The notes under the pieces are model-generated. The model made no database searches. It saw nothing but the letters and a program-made list of their open reading frames with translations, and had not been told where the DNA came from. Below are positions 8,065 through 17,644 of a stretch of 64,000 nt of DNA, piece after piece. Within the stretch, counting starts at the first letter, position 1; every line of letters starts with the position of its first letter. The stretch is from the NCBI GenBank assembly GCA_016219325.1, contig JACRNH010000014.1:132-64131 (forward strand), read 5' to 3'. Made by a program: the position numbers and the translations under genes. This stretch comes from Candidatus Collierbacteria bacterium (GTDB lineage Bacteria > Patescibacteriota > Microgenomatia > UBA1400 > JACPES01).

Positions 8065-8537
8065 TATTTATGTTTATTTACAAATTTGTTCTCGCACCCT
8101 TCGGCGCAAAAATAATAGGTCTTGCCCTTTTGTTTTAAGGCCCTGCCGGCCGTCTTCGGCGACAACCTCATTCCGCAAACCGGATCCCGCACCAAGGGTA
8201 CCATATCTTTCATTTTTAATCTTAACTCCTCTGTCAGGTTTTCATTGCCGCGGTTTTGGCCGATCAACATTTCGCGGATAAGGTCGGACGATTTAACAAT
8301 ATTTTTATGCGACAATTTATAATAAATATTTGTGCCTTTTTTTCTGGTGGTAACCAAATGAAACTCCCTTAATACCATCAAATGCTGGCTTAAATTGGCC
8401 TGCGGCAAGCCCAGCATCTCCACCATCTGGCTAACGGACATTTCCTGATCCCTTAATAAATGAACTATTTCCAGCCGCTTGGGGTTGGATAAAGCGGCGT
8501 AAACATCGGCGTGGAGTTGAAAGATTTGAGAATACAT
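8064..8537 (-). CDS. ArsR/SmtB-family metalloregulator fused to a C-terminal YHS metal-binding domain
   Basis: ArsR HTH (KRLEIVHLL...LSQHL) followed by DPVCGM...YYFCAEGC, a YHS signature. Confidence 0.75.
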   Translation of the reverse strand: MYSQIFQLHADVYAALSNPKRLEIVHLLRDQEMSVSQMVEMLGLPQANLSQHLMVLREFHLVTTRKKGTNIYYKLSHKNIVKSSDLIREMLIGQNRGNENLTEELRLKMKDMVPLVRDPVCGMRLSPKTAGRALKQKGKTYYFCAEGCENKFVNKHK

Positions 8538-8622
8538 TCGATTTGTTGAATATTATGATAACCTCTCGGCTTAGTCAAGAAGCAAATAACGGCAGCCGGC
8601 ACGAGTCGTCCACCGATAGTTG

Positions 8623-8886
8623 CTACTTTTTTCCGCCGACTTTTTCCCAGGACCAGCCGAAAAGCCAGCCGTAAATCCAGCCGGCAATCACCAACGCAAT
8701 TCCGCCGGCGATAAAGCTGATAAAGGTGATGTTGATATCACTCACCGGCCAACGGCCGTGAGTCCACCAAGACAGAATTGTTCCGGAAAAACCGGGCAGC
8801 AGCCAGACAAAGGCAGTACAAGTTACCCAGACGACCGCGGCCCAAAGAGCAACCGTGTTGGCAATAACAAGTTTATTTGATTTCAT
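8623..8886 (-). CDS. Small membrane protein (hypothetical)
   Basis: 87 aa, hydrophobic, Trp-rich, inside the operon. Confidence 0.4.
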   Translation of the reverse strand: MKSNKLVIANTVALWAAVVWVTCTAFVWLLPGFSGTILSWWTHGRWPVSDINITFISFIAGGIALVIAGWIYGWLFGWSWEKVGGKK

Positions 8887-9332
8887 GATTGATCACCTTC
8901 TTTCAAGCGCGATAGCTGTCTCCATAAGTATACCGAGCCGACGATGTTGGAGGCAATCCCGATTGCCAATAGAGGAGCTTGGAAATTTACCAACCACAGG
9001 GACAAAGCCGATAGCCCTAAAATCGGAACGACGTCGGCGAGGTGATGGGCACAGCAGGCGATCATGGAGACGGTGGAGGTGGCGGAACCGGCGGCCATCA
9101 TGCCTTTACCGACAACTGATTTAGCTAGAGATTTTAAATAATAAAATAACCCTACTTGAACGCCAAAACCGGCAACCAACGGCAGCATTAAATACCAAAG
9201 TTGCCGAAACTGCCACCAGGCCGCGTCCCACGAACCGGCCAAAAGCCGCATGGTAAGGGAATAAAACAGAAATAAACCGGCGGCTGCCAGAAATCCAATT
9301 GAAAATGAAAAGAATTTCGGTTTGGTATTCAT
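8883..9332 (-). CDS. Membrane protein with a CCAHH motif (hypothetical)
   Basis: Four hydrophobic segments and an IACCAHHLAD motif. 4-bp overlaps with neighbouring genes. Confidence 0.45.
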   Translation of the reverse strand: MNTKPKFFSFSIGFLAAAGLFLFYSLTMRLLAGSWDAAWWQFRQLWYLMLPLVAGFGVQVGLFYYLKSLAKSVVGKGMMAAGSATSTVSMIACCAHHLADVVPILGLSALSLWLVNFQAPLLAIGIASNIVGSVYLWRQLSRLKEGDQS

Positions 9333-9775
9333 TTTAATTCGTCAAACATAAACTCTTGCCTGGCGACTTCGGGCGTTTCCAAGAAAATTATTTTGAGCGG
9401 CGCAGATACCCGGTTAAACTTGACTTCGGCAGAGCGGTGATGGTTGGCGCCTTCGGTTTTGACTGCGACAGGAGAAAACTTCCGGCCGGATGCCTCCAGG
9501 ATGACGGATTTTTGAAAGTCGATATCGTCCAAATCAACCGAGTGGGTATTTAAAGAAACTTCAAAGACAATCTTGTTTTCGTCGGATTTTCCGGCCAGAT
9601 AATTCACCTCGACAGAAACTTGTCCTGCCGGTTGTTGCGTTCCGCCGGTAACCGCTTCAGGTGGCGGAATTAGAGATTTTGACGTCGTCCTGGCGCTCGA
9701 AATTCTTTGCCAAACCAGTATCCCAATAACAGCGGTTACCAAACCTAATCCCAAACTAAAATTTCTATATTTCAT
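9329..9775 (-). CDS. Exported protein (hypothetical), first gene of the metal operon
   Basis: Start is probably the internal ATG at 9775 (MKYRNFSLGL... signal-like). The ORF track extends to 9826. Confidence 0.45.
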   Translation of the reverse strand: MKYRNFSLGLGLVTAVIGILVWQRISSARTTSKSLIPPPEAVTGGTQQPAGQVSVEVNYLAGKSDENKIVFEVSLNTHSVDLDDIDFQKSVILEASGRKFSPVAVKTEGANHHRSAEVKFNRVSAPLKIIFLETPEVARQEFMFDELK

Positions 9776-9819
9776 AATATTCGAATGTTTGAATATAATC
9801 TTATCGTCTGGCTTTCTGA

Positions 9820-10563
9820 TTGTCAACTTGTCTGTATAATCAATCTGTGAATTTATTCCTAATCCTTTCCGCTTTGCTGGCGGGATTCTTAATGTTTTTT
9901 GCCCCTTGCACCCTGCCGACTGTTCCGGGATTTTTAGGCTTCATCAGCGGGTCTTCAAAAAAGAATTCCTTAAAAAACGCCCTTTTCTATGTATTTGGGT
10001 TCATGTTGATATTTATTCTGCTTGGAGGGATCTTCGGCATTGGCGGTGCGGCATTGAGACAATATCGCTTAATTCTCCAAAAAATCGGCGGGCTGTTCAT
10101 CATCTTTTTTGGACTGATGACTACCGGATTTCTTCGTCATCCTATTTTTCAATGGTCCTTTAATATTCCTTTATCTAAACATCTAAAACCGGGAAAACCA
10201 GTTAGTTCTTTTCTCTTCGGAGCTGCTTACGGACTGGGCTGGACTCCCTGTATCGGTCCGGTTCTGGGCAGTATTTTGCTTTTGGCATCATCTTTTGAAA
10301 ACGCGACTCAAGGAATCATATTATTAATAATTTTCTCCCTCGGACTAGCAATTCCCTATCTGCTTGTAGCGTCAGGATTTTCTTCAATTGTGGATAATGC
10401 TAAAAAATTCCGCCCTGTTTTCAGGGGGATTGAAATAATCGGCGGAATTCTAATGATAATCATCGGCATATTATTGGTTACCAATAAGTTCGGCCTGATG
10501 GTATCAACAACTTTTAGACTGTTCGATTTTATTAATTACGATAGCTTATTAAAATATCTCTAA
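9820..10563 (+). CDS. ccdA: Cytochrome c-type biogenesis / thiol-disulfide transporter CcdA (DsbD family)
   Basis: FFAPCTLP and GWTPCIGPVLG motifs with six TM segments. The true start may be GTG 9867, because a TATAAT-like box at 9835-9840 lies inside the TTG-start ORF. Confidence 0.7.
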   Translation: MSTCLYNQSVNLFLILSALLAGFLMFFAPCTLPTVPGFLGFISGSSKKNSLKNALFYVFGFMLIFILLGGIFGIGGAALRQYRLILQKIGGLFIIFFGLMTTGFLRHPIFQWSFNIPLSKHLKPGKPVSSFLFGAAYGLGWTPCIGPVLGSILLLASSFENATQGIILLIIFSLGLAIPYLLVASGFSSIVDNAKKFRPVFRGIEIIGGILMIIIGILLVTNKFGLMVSTTFRLFDFINYDSLLKYL

Positions 10564-10564
10564 T

Positions 10565-12160
10565 ATGTTTCCATCCTCAAAAATCATCGCCGTATTGTCT
10601 TTTTCTATCTTTTTATCAGGAGTAATAAATATTACTTCAGCCATCTGGTCGCATGCTCCCGATAGGATTTCTTTATTAATCCAATATATCCCGCTGATTG
10701 TCAGCCATACCACCAGAAGCTTGACAATTGTTCTGGGAATTTTTCTGATATTCCTGTCACAGGGATTATTAAAGCGAAAATATCGCGCCTGGCTGTTTAG
10801 CATCGGACTGTTATCCATATCTTTACTCTTGCACGCGCTCAATGGATTAAACTGGGAAGAGGCTTTGATTCTGATTTTTCCTTTGGGAATCTTGATTTTT
10901 TACAAAGATTTATTTGTCGTCGAAAGTAACCGTGCGACAGCCAAGTCCAGAATAAAATATCTTCTGTTAGTATTGACGTTCCTGTCAACCTATTTATTTA
11001 TTGGCTTTCTGGTATTCAGAGACGAACTGATCTATCTCCCATCAGCTCAAGGGCTCGTTGAAAGTCTGGTTAATTTATCCACCGGCCTTGGAAACAGCTA
11101 CATATTCCCTATAACTGATCCTGCTGATTGGTTTTTAAATTCAATCAAATTTGTTGAATTATTTGCGGTTATATTCTCCGTCAGTTCAATATTTGCTCCG
11201 CTGACAGATAAATTACAACCCTCTGAAGATGAACAATTTTTAGCCCAGAATTTAGTCCGGCTTTATTCAGTAAATTCTGTTGCTTATTTCAGCTTATCCG
11301 GCGATAAAAAATATTTTTTCCATAACAATTGTTTTGCGGCATATAAAACCGCCGGCGACACGGCGGTAGTCCTGGGCGACATTATCGGTCCTGATTCTGA
11401 GATCCAGGAATCCTTAAATGCATTTATAAAATATGTTGCCATAAAAGGCTTAACTCCCGTTTTTTTTAATATTAATGAGTCAATGGCGCAGTTAATCCAA
11501 AATTACGGATGGAAAATTATGCCAATCGGATTGGAAGCAGTTCTAGATACTTCATTATTTGACATATCTCAGCCTGAACTAAAAAGCATCCGTTACAGCG
11601 TGAATAAAATAGAAAAATTGGACGCGGCGTATAAATGGTTTTCGGCCAAAGATCTTCCTTGGGAAGCCTTAAAAGACATTGAAAATTTATATCATGAATG
11701 GATTGGGAAAAAACACGCGCCAAAATTAAAGTTTTCCCAAAATTATTATCCCTTACCGGTTGATGAAAACGTAAAAATCCTTGCTGTCTATTCTCCGCAA
11801 GGGGTTCTGTGGGCGGCGTTAAGCTTTCTGCCTTACCAAAACGGAACAAGTTACTCTCTGGATTTAATGATCAGAAGCAAAAATACCCCATACGGAGCCA
11901 TAGCAGCCGGAATAGCTCAGTCAATTGACTTTATGAAAGAGCGCGGCGTCAAGCGGATAAATTTGGGACTGGCACCTTTAGCATCAATCGGAATGCCCAA
12001 GTTTTTGCTGCACAGATTGAATACTATATATAAATACCGTTCTTTATATGAGTTCAAAAAACAATTTAATCCTATTTGGAATAAAAAATATATCGCCCTG
12101 CCAAAATACACTGGTTTGCCAAAAGCCACATTGGCCATATTTCGGGTCCATTCCGCCTGA
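10565..12160 (+). CDS. MprF-like protein: N-terminal membrane domain plus a C-terminal DUF2156 aminoacyl-phosphatidylglycerol synthase-like domain
   Basis: Hydrophobic N-terminal half. The C-terminal half reads YFSLSGDKKYFF...AAYKTAGDTAVVLGDIIGP, DUF2156-like. Confidence 0.5.
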   Translation: MFPSSKIIAVLSFSIFLSGVINITSAIWSHAPDRISLLIQYIPLIVSHTTRSLTIVLGIFLIFLSQGLLKRKYRAWLFSIGLLSISLLLHALNGLNWEEALILIFPLGILIFYKDLFVVESNRATAKSRIKYLLLVLTFLSTYLFIGFLVFRDELIYLPSAQGLVESLVNLSTGLGNSYIFPITDPADWFLNSIKFVELFAVIFSVSSIFAPLTDKLQPSEDEQFLAQNLVRLYSVNSVAYFSLSGDKKYFFHNNCFAAYKTAGDTAVVLGDIIGPDSEIQESLNAFIKYVAIKGLTPVFFNINESMAQLIQNYGWKIMPIGLEAVLDTSLFDISQPELKSIRYSVNKIEKLDAAYKWFSAKDLPWEALKDIENLYHEWIGKKHAPKLKFSQNYYPLPVDENVKILAVYSPQGVLWAALSFLPYQNGTSYSLDLMIRSKNTPYGAIAAGIAQSIDFMKERGVKRINLGLAPLASIGMPKFLLHRLNTIYKYRSLYEFKKQFNPIWNKKYIALPKYTGLPKATLAIFRVHSA

Positions 12161-12194
12161 TTGTTTTTTCTTCTAAATTGTATTTAAATAATAA

Positions 12195-12488
12195 ATGACG
12201 GAAGGAGGTGAAACATTCATGAAAAAACTTGACGCGCATCAAACAGGGATGGCGCTGGGAGTATTAACCGGCCTTATCCATGCAGCGTGGTCTGCCCTGG
12301 TTTTCCTTGGCCTTTCTAAGCCGCTATTAGACTTTATCTACGGTATTCATTTTCTGTCAAATCCGTTTATCGTCGCCAAATTCAACTTTTCTAATGCTGT
12401 TATATTGGTGATCTTTACGACTGCAGTTGGATATATTTTTGGCGGATTATTCGCCTGGATTTGGAACTGGCTGCACGGAAGAAAATAA
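12195..12488 (+). CDS. Small membrane protein (hypothetical)
   Basis: 97 aa with three hydrophobic segments. GGAGGTG RBS upstream. Confidence 0.4.
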   Translation: MTEGGETFMKKLDAHQTGMALGVLTGLIHAAWSALVFLGLSKPLLDFIYGIHFLSNPFIVAKFNFSNAVILVIFTTAVGYIFGGLFAWIWNWLHGRK

Positions 12489-12490
12489 GG

Positions 12491-12766
12491 CTAATTTAAT
12501 TTCCAAATTGCCCAATTAAGGTATGTGGCAAAAGTTACCCAAACTAAATACGGTGCTAAAAGCCAGGCAGCGGAAGTAGATTTGCGGCGGAAATCTTTGA
12601 TCGTCAGAACGATAGACAACCACAAAACTACTATATTTAATAATCCTAACCTTGGGGATCTAAGCCCAAAAAAGGATAACGACCAATTAGCGTTTAGTAT
12701 CAGTTGAATCCAAAACCAGATCAGCCGGGCACGATGACTCCAGGCTAAATACAAGGAGATCCTCAT
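12491..12766 (-). CDS. TspO/MBR-family protein, short (C-terminal part only)
   Basis: The LLAPYLVWVTFATYLNWAIWKLN signature matches the TspO C-terminus, but the ORF is 91 aa against the usual ~155. Confidence 0.4.
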   Translation of the reverse strand: MRISLYLAWSHRARLIWFWIQLILNANWSLSFFGLRSPRLGLLNIVVLWLSIVLTIKDFRRKSTSAAWLLAPYLVWVTFATYLNWAIWKLN

Positions 12767-12827
12767 TATCTAACTAACCGGCTAGCTGAGGCCAGCTGGA
12801 AAACCAAACTGCTGGTAGAATATTTTT

Positions 12828-13367
12828 ATGGACATAATCTCAAGAAATATTCCTGACGAAATTTTAATTGACAAAGTTAAAGACGGCGATGTTGAAGCCT
12901 TTGAGATGTTGGTAAAAAGATACTCCGGAAAAATCCTAAGTTTTGTTTTTAAGATATTACATGACAGATATATAAGCGAAGAAGTTGTCCAGGATTCTTT
13001 CTTCTCTTTATATAAATCAATTAACCGGGTTGATACAAAAAGGAAATTCTCATCATACTTATATAAAATTGCCAAAAATAAAGCTATTGAGAAATTTAGA
13101 ACAAGGAAAAACCAACTGGCATTGAACGAAGAAATCGTCAGCGGAAACGATGATAATATTTATGAGAAAATCATTAAGTCTGAAAATAAGATCAGAATTA
13201 GAAAGGCCGTTGATGAATTAGAGAAAAAATACAGGGACCCAATCAGCCTTTATTTTTTTGAAAATCTATCATATGACCAAATTGCAGAAAAGCTTTCTAT
13301 TCCAGTTAATACCATAAGAACAAGATTAAAAAGAGGAAAAACGGCATTAAGAAAAAAACTAATATGA
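12828..13367 (+). CDS. ECF-subfamily RNA polymerase sigma-70 factor
   Basis: Sigma region 2 and region 4 (LSYDQIAEKLSIPVNTIRTRLKRGKTALRKKL) are both present. Confidence 0.8.
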   Translation: MDIISRNIPDEILIDKVKDGDVEAFEMLVKRYSGKILSFVFKILHDRYISEEVVQDSFFSLYKSINRVDTKRKFSSYLYKIAKNKAIEKFRTRKNQLALNEEIVSGNDDNIYEKIIKSENKIRIRKAVDELEKKYRDPISLYFFENLSYDQIAEKLSIPVNTIRTRLKRGKTALRKKLI

Positions 13368-13762
13368 AAAAAGACAATAGTCTGAACGATAAAATCATGG
13401 GGCGAGTGGTTAAATTTGAGAAGAAGAGAATCTATTTATATATTTGGGAAGCAGTTATTTCAATCATATTCTTCTCGTCTATCGCTATAATCTTATTCTC
13501 TTTAGCCAAGTTCGTTCTCGAAGAGTCTGAAACTCTGGAAATTATTTCTCTTTTTAAAGAAGACCGGGAAACTATCGGGGACCTTTGGCAAGAAATTTAT
13601 TTTATATTGAAAGAAGAAATCCCCTGGCACCTAATGTTCGGTTTTCTGGGATCTTTTACAATTACCATGGTCATAAGCATAATTTTTATTAAGAATTTTC
13701 ACCTGATAAAAAATCGTCTGAAAACAATCCGCCATTATTTGCGCAAACATATTCTCTCCTAA
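13364..13762 (+). CDS. Putative membrane anti-sigma factor
   Basis: 4-bp overlap with the ECF sigma gene. Small protein with one TM segment. Confidence 0.45.
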   Translation: MKKDNSLNDKIMGRVVKFEKKRIYLYIWEAVISIIFFSSIAIILFSLAKFVLEESETLEIISLFKEDRETIGDLWQEIYFILKEEIPWHLMFGFLGSFTITMVISIIFIKNFHLIKNRLKTIRHYLRKHILS

Positions 13763-13845
13763 CCAAAACTTTCGTAGGTGAAACTTTTCTCAAGTTCCTC
13801 TCGTATTAATAGATAGGCAGTAAAAAAGAAAGGGGGTGAAATAAA

Positions 13846-14511
13846 ATGAAATCATTAAATATTCTAAAAGGATTAGCTTTCGCGAGTATCATGGGAGTGA
13901 GCACCATTCTTCCCTTGATAACCCCGCAGGTAGTTTTGGCTCGTGATTCCAAATTGGCCATGTCCGGCGATTTGAAAAAACACATTGTCAAAACTATTAT
14001 CGGTAAAAGGTCAATTGTCCGCGGGGGGATAGTAACCGCTAAAAACGATTCCTCATTAACAGTGTCAAAAGACGACAAGTCCTATGATGTAGAAATTGAT
14101 TCCGATACTAAGCTAATGAGGCGATTCGGAGGAGAAAGTTCTTTAAGCGAACTCAATGTTAACGACAAAGTTAACGTTTCCGGCACTTGGGATAGCGACG
14201 ATAAAACCAAGGTTAAGGCTAAACTTATCCGGAATCTTTCCGTCATGAAGAGAAACGCTGTTTTGTCAGGAACCGTTCAGGAAGTTTCCGACAACGGATT
14301 CAAACTGGAAACAGCTAAGAGAGGAACCGAAGAGGTGTCCGTTTCTTCAGACACAAACTTTATCAACCAAAAAGGTGAAGGTATTTCTAAGTCTGATGTC
14401 CAAACCGGCCATAAAATAAGAGTGAAGGGGGTTTGGAATAAAGAAAACCATAAGGAAGATGAAGTCAGCCAAGTTAAAGATTTTAGCTTACCGGAAAAAT
14501 CCGGCAAATAA
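13846..14511 (+). CDS. Secreted repeat protein (hypothetical, DUF5666-like)
   Basis: AAAGGGGGTGA RBS, a signal peptide, and repeated VNVSGTWD / IRVKGVWN segments. Confidence 0.5.
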   Translation: MKSLNILKGLAFASIMGVSTILPLITPQVVLARDSKLAMSGDLKKHIVKTIIGKRSIVRGGIVTAKNDSSLTVSKDDKSYDVEIDSDTKLMRRFGGESSLSELNVNDKVNVSGTWDSDDKTKVKAKLIRNLSVMKRNAVLSGTVQEVSDNGFKLETAKRGTEEVSVSSDTNFINQKGEGISKSDVQTGHKIRVKGVWNKENHKEDEVSQVKDFSLPEKSGK

Positions 14512-14537
14512 TATCTTTAAGGCTAACATCAATTTAT

Positions 14538-14570
14538 CAACAAGGCCCTTTGGCAGAAGGGCCTTGGTTG
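14538..14570. terminator. Bidirectional intrinsic terminator hairpin between convergent genes
   Basis: caaggccctt-tggcag-aagggccttg, a 10-bp stem, sits between the + gene ending at 14511 and the - gene ending at 14578. Confidence 0.5.
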
Positions 14571-14577
14571 ATTAAGT

Positions 14578-16011
14578 TTATTCCGCAAACGTTCCGAATG
14601 AATTCTCAATTAAAGGACCGTAAACTGACCACTTGGAGGCCGGGGCCCGGCCGATCATCATAAATGCCCCCTGACCGTCAGGTCTAAACAATAATGACCA
14701 AAACTCTGTAACATTAATTTTATCTTTAGGCAAATAATGTTCAATTTCCATGGAAATCCGGCGGAACCCTTTCCACGAACTCTCTTTTGGCTCTTTGATA
14801 AACTTCAACTGTTGATAATCCTCCGATTTCGACAAATAATCTTTTATCGCAGTCGTATATACCTCTTCATTCTCTCCCAACGGATTCCATGAGTTTTTAT
14901 CTACAAAAAAGAAGGCCTCTTTCGGCTTCATAAATCCGACTTCTTCCTTATCTTTGGCGTCTTCAACTTTCCAGTCTTTCGGGTAGCGCATTAACCAACC
15001 GTAATTGCTAACGTATGGTTTGTCCGTCAACAATGACTGATCAAACGGCTGTCCTCTCTGGCCGGAACGGGTAACTTTGGCGCTAAACTGCAATTTTCCT
15101 CCAGCAGCCGCCAGAATCATCAGCCCAATTATCCCCGCCAGTAAAACAGTCCATATTTTCTTCTTTTTTCCGGCCGGCTTTTTGACAGGTTTGCCAACCT
15201 CTTTATTCTTAATTAAAAATGAGGCTACTGCAGCAATTAGCCCTGTCCCAAAAACCCAAATACCGATCTTCTGGCCTATATCTATCGCCCTTTCTAATAA
15301 AATTTTAATTATCGGAAACAAAAACGGGGGAATAAAATTAAATGAAGGCAATACCGCTGAAACCTGTCCAGGGGCTGATTTAACGGCCAGAGTCAATACT
15401 GCCCCAGACACAATCAACATAACACCGCTCCCCCGCAATTTTCCTTTCAGTGTTTTTCCCAACCAAAAATGCAGAACCAGCAACAATCCTGATAATGTCA
15501 ATGCCGCTCCCCAAACTATTGGCAAAAAAGAAATTATATTTTTTATCTGTAAAAAAGTTTTCTTTAATTCTGCTCCAGATTCCGGCTTCCCCGACATTTG
15601 GCCTAAAAGATTTGGCAAATCAGTTTTTTCAGATAATTGAGACAACGGCGGTTTTTGGAATAGCTGTTTCGGCAGACCAGATTTAGAAACCGGAGCATAA
15701 AAAAACAAATCTGTATCTTTCCCAACAAAAAAACCTTCCAGTCTGGTTAAATTGGTTTCAACAACGTCTTGGAAAAAATCCGGCGTTAAACCGTTAATCA
15801 TTTGAAGGGCCATAGTATTGCCCCCAGCCGACTTTTTAGACTCCAGACTGATTTGATTATAAATTTCAGTATTCTTGAGGGTCTCAATCCAAAAATCAGC
15901 CTTTAACAATCTAAACCTGATAATGGTTAACAGGGAAAACAATAAAAACAGAACAAAAAACAAATCTCCCGTTACCCACCTGAAAAAAAATCTAAAGAAA
16001 TTTTTCACCAA
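14578..16011 (-). CDS. Large membrane protein (hypothetical)
   Basis: 477 aa with multiple TM segments and a KKPAGKKKK linker. Confidence 0.55.
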   Translation of the reverse strand: MVKNFFRFFFRWVTGDLFFVLFLLFSLLTIIRFRLLKADFWIETLKNTEIYNQISLESKKSAGGNTMALQMINGLTPDFFQDVVETNLTRLEGFFVGKDTDLFFYAPVSKSGLPKQLFQKPPLSQLSEKTDLPNLLGQMSGKPESGAELKKTFLQIKNIISFLPIVWGAALTLSGLLLVLHFWLGKTLKGKLRGSGVMLIVSGAVLTLAVKSAPGQVSAVLPSFNFIPPFLFPIIKILLERAIDIGQKIGIWVFGTGLIAAVASFLIKNKEVGKPVKKPAGKKKKIWTVLLAGIIGLMILAAAGGKLQFSAKVTRSGQRGQPFDQSLLTDKPYVSNYGWLMRYPKDWKVEDAKDKEEVGFMKPKEAFFFVDKNSWNPLGENEEVYTTAIKDYLSKSEDYQQLKFIKEPKESSWKGFRRISMEIEHYLPKDKINVTEFWSLLFRPDGQGAFMMIGRAPASKWSVYGPLIENSFGTFAE

Positions 16012-16086
16012 TGTTAATTAAGCACTTTTAATCGCCCGCCGTCAAGACCAAAACGGAAACCTGCGCTTCTTTGTTATAGTACGGCT

Positions 16087-16830
16087 ATGGAAATAAAAAT
16101 ATTAAGTTTGAATATTGAAGGCGATAAACATCTGCCGCAGGTAATTAAATTAGTTAAACAGGAGAATCCGGACATTGTTTGTTTGCAGGAAGTATTTGAG
16201 GAAGATTTTCATTTATTGCACCGCCAATTTAATATGCATGGGATATTTATGCCCACGATCTGGATCGACTTTCCGGGGGTCCCGGGATTCAACAAAAGCG
16301 GCCCTTTTGGAGTAGTTTTGCTTAACAAGTTAGCTGGAGAATTCGGGGGAGACTATTATTTTAAGCGCCGGAAACCGGAGCTGCCACTGTATAAAGGCAA
16401 ACCAAATGCCGGAAACAGATGTTTAGTTTGGCAAAAAACCGACAACGGCCTGACTATTGCCACCACTCATTTTACCTGGTCAAAAAATGGACAGACCACG
16501 GAGAAACAAAAAAGAGAGTTGAGTAGATTAATTAAGTTATTAGCTAAATTAAAACCGGATGTTTTATGCGGCGATTTCAATGCTCCCCGCGATCAAGAGA
16601 TTTGGTCGGAAATTTCCAAAAAACTAACCGATAATATTCCATCTGAAGCCAAAACCACCCTAGACCAAAATCTCCATTATTCCCATGGAGCAAAACTTGT
16701 CGTAGACGGATTCTTTACCAATCCAAGAGGCAATTTGGCCATCAAGTCAATCCGGCTGATTGGCGGAGTCAGCGACCATTTGGCAATTTCTGTTATAATG
16801 CATAGTATACAAAACCCTTTTGATAGCTGA
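16087..16830 (+). CDS. Endonuclease/exonuclease/phosphatase (EEP) family protein
   Basis: LSLNIEG, VCLQEV, GDFNAPRD and SDHLAI motifs. Confidence 0.75.
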   Translation: MEIKILSLNIEGDKHLPQVIKLVKQENPDIVCLQEVFEEDFHLLHRQFNMHGIFMPTIWIDFPGVPGFNKSGPFGVVLLNKLAGEFGGDYYFKRRKPELPLYKGKPNAGNRCLVWQKTDNGLTIATTHFTWSKNGQTTEKQKRELSRLIKLLAKLKPDVLCGDFNAPRDQEIWSEISKKLTDNIPSEAKTTLDQNLHYSHGAKLVVDGFFTNPRGNLAIKSIRLIGGVSDHLAISVIMHSIQNPFDS

Positions 16831-16926
16831 TAGTTATCGTTTAACAACTCCTTAAACAATAGTTTATTAAGCGTAGTCTCAGTTTGTCAGGGTAATGATA
16901 ATAAATGAAAGGGGGTGACAAACTGA

Positions 16927-17286
16927 ATGGCTAAAAAACTATTTGTGGGCGGACTTTCGTGGGACACTACGGATGCGACGCTATCACAATTTTTCTCTCA
17001 AGCAGGCACTGTAATTTCTGCTGTCGTCATTGTTGACAAATTTACCGGCAAATCCAGAGGATTTGGATTTGTGGAAATGTCCGATGAAGACGCTGATAAA
17101 GCAAAACAAACCTTAAACGGCCAGACTCTAGACGGCAGAGCTATTGCCGTCAATGAAGCCAGACCTTTAGAACGACGCGATGATAATCGTCCCAGAGGCG
17201 GTGGATTCGATCGTGGAGGCAGCGGAGGAGGATTCGACAGAGGCAACAGCCGCCCAAGAAGCGGTGGTTTCCGACGCGGAAGATAA
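16927..17286 (+). CDS. RRM-domain RNA-binding protein with an RGG/GFDRG-rich C-terminal tail
   Basis: RNP2 (KLFVGGLSW) and RNP1 (RGFGFVEM) motifs. GGGGGTGA RBS. Confidence 0.85.
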   Translation: MAKKLFVGGLSWDTTDATLSQFFSQAGTVISAVVIVDKFTGKSRGFGFVEMSDEDADKAKQTLNGQTLDGRAIAVNEARPLERRDDNRPRGGGFDRGGSGGGFDRGNSRPRSGGFRRGR

Positions 17287-17381
17287 TTTAAAGGAAACTT
17301 TAGATTTAATAAAATCGCCGGCGGAAACGATCATGTTGACCGCCTATGCCGGCGTATTTTAGGATTTTCTAGTTGCTGATT

Positions 17382-17627
17382 TTATTTACGTTCCACCGAA
17401 ACCGTACATTCTGTAACCAGCGCGGCAATTGCTCCGACCGCGGCCAAAACCGGAGCCAATACCGCTCCGACTATCCCGATGGTTAACGGAATATTAATCA
17501 ACACATTCCCCTTCTTATCTTTAATGCTGATTTTTCTAACATTTCCTTCTTGAATTAATTTTTTAACTTGAGTCAAAAGATGCTCTCCTTTGACTTTAAA
17601 TGATTCTTCCTTTTTCTTTGTTGGCAT
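17382..17627 (-). CDS. DUF4342 domain protein
   Basis: Reads LIQEGNVRKISIKDKKGNVLINIPLTIGIVGAVLAPVLAAVGAIAALV. Confidence 0.5.
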   Translation of the reverse strand: MPTKKKEESFKVKGEHLLTQVKKLIQEGNVRKISIKDKKGNVLINIPLTIGIVGAVLAPVLAAVGAIAALVTECTVSVERK

Positions 17628-17644
17628 GATTTTTCACCTCCTTT

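Noticed and set aside
12782-13075. Minus-strand ORF overlapping the ECF sigma gene start
   Set aside because: It is antisense to a well-supported sigma-70 region 2 coding sequence.
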